Both the position numbers and the translations under genes were made by a program. Below are positions 61,345 to 64,000 of a DNA stretch of 64,000 bases, piece after piece. The DNA lies in NCBI GenBank assembly GCA_963797095.1, contig CAWCNY010000002.1:1152001-1216000 (forward strand). Reading direction: 5' to 3'. The stretch is from an uncultured Chloroflexia bacterium. Its GTDB lineage: Bacteria > Chloroflexota > Chloroflexia > QHBQ01 > JADMIH01. The number at the start of each line of letters is the position of its first letter. The stretch's first letter is position 1. The notes under the pieces were generated by a model. It was not told the origin of the DNA. It worked only from the letters and a program-made list of their open reading frames with translations, and did not search any database.

Positions 61345-63255
61345 TTAGGGTCTCAGGTGCTCCTTGAAGAAGTCGGTGATCAAGTTGTAGGCCCTGACCC
61401 TGTTTTCCAGGCGCGTCACGTCGTGCCCTTCATTCTCGAACACGGTGTATTCAACGTTCTTGCCTATCGAGCGTAGGTGGGCCACAAGATCGTCGGAGTC
61501 GGCCTGCGTTACCCGCGAGTCATGCGCGCCTTGCAGCACAAGGAGAGGGCACTTCAGGTTGTCCATATAGGTGGCGGGCGAGCGCTCCCTGAGGAAATCG
61601 GCCTCGGTCTCCGGGTCACCCACAAGCGCCGCAAAGAACGGCTTCCAGGTGGCGGGCATTCTGTCCATATTCGTGATCAGGTCGTATGGGCCGAACATAT
61701 CGACCGCCGCCGCCCACTTATCGGGGTATCGCGCCGACAGCATTAGGGTCATATACCCGCCATACGAGCGCCCCATCACCCCTGCCTTGCTCACATCCAG
61801 CCTGGGATCTTTAGCGAGGATGCCGAGCGAGTGCATGTGGTCCTTGACATCATCTCCACCCCAATCGCGCTCCACCCGTTTCATATACTTCAACCCGTAC
61901 CCGGTCGAGCCGCGCACGTTCGGCACGAACACCGCGAAGCCGTTGAGCGTCAGATACTGGATAATAGGCATCGAGAACCACCCGAAATCGGGCCTCTCCT
62001 GGCCCTGTGGCCCTCCATGGATGTAGTACACCACAGGGCGCGCCCCCTTGAATCCCAACTCTTCTGCCGGTAGATAGAGCCTTGCCGACACCCTCAACCC
62101 GTCAAACGTTGTATACGAAGCGTCCTCGCCAGGCGAAAGCCATGCAGGCTTGATCCCCAGCACGCGCTCATTGGTATGGTGCACAACCTCGCTGCGGTCC
62201 TTCCCCTCCACCGTGTAAAGCTGTGTAGGTGAATCGGCTGTGGAGAAGGAGAGGGCGTAACGGTCGCTCTCCTTGTCATAGCTCATGGCCTGAATTACCC
62301 CATCTTCCAATTCGCCCTGCCCGCACACCACGTTATCGAGCGTCATGGTCAGCGCGTCCCGGTCGAACGTGCCCTCGTAGAGCCATGAGCATCCATCGAT
62401 GTTGTACTCGAGTGAGTAGCGGTTGTCGCGTAGATGGTGCAGGTGCGCAAGCTCGCCCGCGCCGGTGTGCTTCGTGCCGGTAGTCGTGACCTGCCGCACC
62501 TGGCCCGGTTCGCGAAGGTCCATATAGCCGAGGCTGTAGGCATCCTCGAAGATCGAGTTGGTGAACAGCAGCCCTCGGTCGTCAGGCGTGAAATATATCT
62601 CGTTGATGCTGTTAGGCTCGACCTTCTCACCCGGAGCGCGCTCCTCTACAGGTTTGCCGTAGAGCAGGTGTCGGGCCTCTTCGCCTACTTTTTGAAGATA
62701 CACTATGGTGTCGCCGCTGCCGTAGAAGTCGAACTTCACCACCTGCGAATTGTCGTGATTAGCAGCCGCCGGCAGGTTGCCGTAAGTGCTCTGGCCGAGC
62801 GATGACAACTCGCCCGTGGCGAGATCGATCCTGTAGGAGCGAAACATCGATTGGTGCTTATCTGCTACGCTCACATAGGCCAGGTTCTCGTCCTCGTCGA
62901 GCGTCGCGAGAAATGCCTGGTGTCCCTCGAACGTCTCTGCGGAGATCGGCTCAGGGAACCCACCTTCCAGCGGCACCAGCATGGGCTGGAACGCCTCGTC
63001 ACCGTCCTTATCGATCATCACCAGCACCTTGCCCAGCTTAGGGAAAACATAGAATGGCATGCTTTGCCCCAGCTTGGGGTTGAACAGGGCCAGGTCGGGC
63101 GGGAGCAAAGGCTCCGGCACACTCCCTCCATAGTTCATCCTGTAGAGGCTGTAGTGCCCCGACAGATTGCTGATGAAGTAGAGCTTCTCGTCCACAAGCT
63201 GCGGCGAGAAGAAGGCCCTCGCCGACAATAACGATTCGATCTTTATGGTTGCCAT
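61345..63255 (-). CDS. S9-family prolyl/acylaminoacyl peptidase
   Basis: HGGP, NVRGSTGYG, GRSYGG, HDSRV, EGH. Confidence 0.92.
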   Translation of the reverse strand: MATIKIESLLSARAFFSPQLVDEKLYFISNLSGHYSLYRMNYGGSVPEPLLPPDLALFNPKLGQSMPFYVFPKLGKVLVMIDKDGDEAFQPMLVPLEGGFPEPISAETFEGHQAFLATLDEDENLAYVSVADKHQSMFRSYRIDLATGELSSLGQSTYGNLPAAANHDNSQVVKFDFYGSGDTIVYLQKVGEEARHLLYGKPVEERAPGEKVEPNSINEIYFTPDDRGLLFTNSIFEDAYSLGYMDLREPGQVRQVTTTGTKHTGAGELAHLHHLRDNRYSLEYNIDGCSWLYEGTFDRDALTMTLDNVVCGQGELEDGVIQAMSYDKESDRYALSFSTADSPTQLYTVEGKDRSEVVHHTNERVLGIKPAWLSPGEDASYTTFDGLRVSARLYLPAEELGFKGARPVVYYIHGGPQGQERPDFGWFSMPIIQYLTLNGFAVFVPNVRGSTGYGLKYMKRVERDWGGDDVKDHMHSLGILAKDPRLDVSKAGVMGRSYGGYMTLMLSARYPDKWAAAVDMFGPYDLITNMDRMPATWKPFFAALVGDPETEADFLRERSPATYMDNLKCPLLVLQGAHDSRVTQADSDDLVAHLRSIGKNVEYTVFENEGHDVTRLENRVRAYNLITDFFKEHLRP

Positions 63256-63317
63256 TGTTGATCTCCTGTTGTGTTTGGTAGTCGTTAGTCGGTAGTCAGA
63301 ATCAGAAACCAATCGCT

Positions 63318-63352
63318 ACCCGTCACCCGTCACCCGTCACCCGTCACCCGTC
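63318..63352. repeat. Heptamer tandem repeat (ACCCGTC)x5
   Basis: Read directly from the sequence. Confidence 0.9.
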
Positions 63353-63358
63353 CTCCGA

Positions 63359-64000
63359 CTACACACTTCCCAGGCTGCCTGCGGGCATTTCGCCCGATGG
63401 AGCTACCTGGCCGCTTCTTCCTGGTGCTTTCATTATCGCCGCGAACACTACTCCTGCCAATAGGGTCAGGATACCGCCCGCAAGGAAGACGTTGCGCACG
63501 CCCACGACCTCGGCAAAGGTGCCTGCCAGCCCCATCGAAACGAGCTGCGAGATCGAGATAACGGAGTTGAGGGCCGCGCTCACTCTGCCGCGCATCTTGT
63601 TGTCGACGCTGGTTTGCATGATAGTAGATATGCCCGCCTGTATGGGCGTTATCAGCAAGCCCGCTCCAAAGAGGATGACACCCAGCACGATCAGGTTGCT
63701 CGCGAACGCTATAGCTCCGATCACCAAACCCAGCAGGGTGAGCGCGCCACTCACAAGGCTTGTCGGCTTGAGCCGGGCGGCCAGCACCGCTATCAGGCTG
63801 CCGCTCACGATCATGGCCGAAGTCTGCGCGAGCTCGATCAAGCCGAACCACGTGGCCGGTAGCTTCATATCGTTGATGATCAGGGGCACCAGCAGCACGT
63901 TCACCGCGCCCAGGCCAAGCATTGTCACCGCCATACCGACCAGCGTGCCAATCAGAGTGCGCGAGCGCCCGATGATCTTCATGCCATCGCCTAGCTGGCT
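63359..64000 (-). CDS. MFS transporter, C-terminal half; 5' end outside the window
   Basis: Six TM segments, MRGRV motif, VGVRNVF. Confidence 0.85.
   Translation of the reverse strand, partial: SQLGDGMKIIGRSRTLIGTLVGMAVTMLGLGAVNVLLVPLIINDMKLPATWFGLIELAQTSAMIVSGSLIAVLAARLKPTSLVSGALTLLGLVIGAIAFASNLIVLGVILFGAGLLITPIQAGISTIMQTSVDNKMRGRVSAALNSVISISQLVSMGLAGTFAEVVGVRNVFLAGGILTLLAGVVFAAIMKAPGRSGQVAPSGEMPAGSLGSV

Noticed and set aside
61345-64000. S9 peptidase and MFS transporter as pheromone processing/export genes
   Set aside because: Opposite strand, more than 4 kb away and separated by unrelated genes; no sequence evidence of linkage.

Overview
GC-rich (~60% by eye) bacterial chromosomal window, most likely Chloroflexota. 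This is inferred from the Cys-rich SLH-anchored secreted enzyme, the XRE/NB-ARC/WD40 STAND protein, the F420-type LLM enzyme and the heptamer repeat arrays. Most genes are ordinary: hydrolases, a dpp/opp ABC operon, mtnP, a rodA-PBP pair, yabN/mazG, malQ, asnA, a GH63-like glycosidase, an ECF sigma/anti-sigma pair and an S9 peptidase. Mobile DNA includes a complete ISKra4-type IS with inverted repeats and a 9-bp target duplication, and a 166-bp IS200/IS605-like non-autonomous element. The standout locus is 52.4-57.2 kb. It encodes a ComP-like membrane sensor (TM, PDZ-like, multi-TM) whose output is GAF plus HD-GYP rather than a histidine kinase, a 63-aa peptide ending in ...YSMWI, and a ComQ-like prenyltransferase. 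This looks like a ComQXP-type prenylated-peptide quorum-sensing system wired to cyclic-dinucleotide hydrolysis. Several genes carry single-base lesions, which could be decay or sequencing error. All calls come from reading the sequence; no database search was run.
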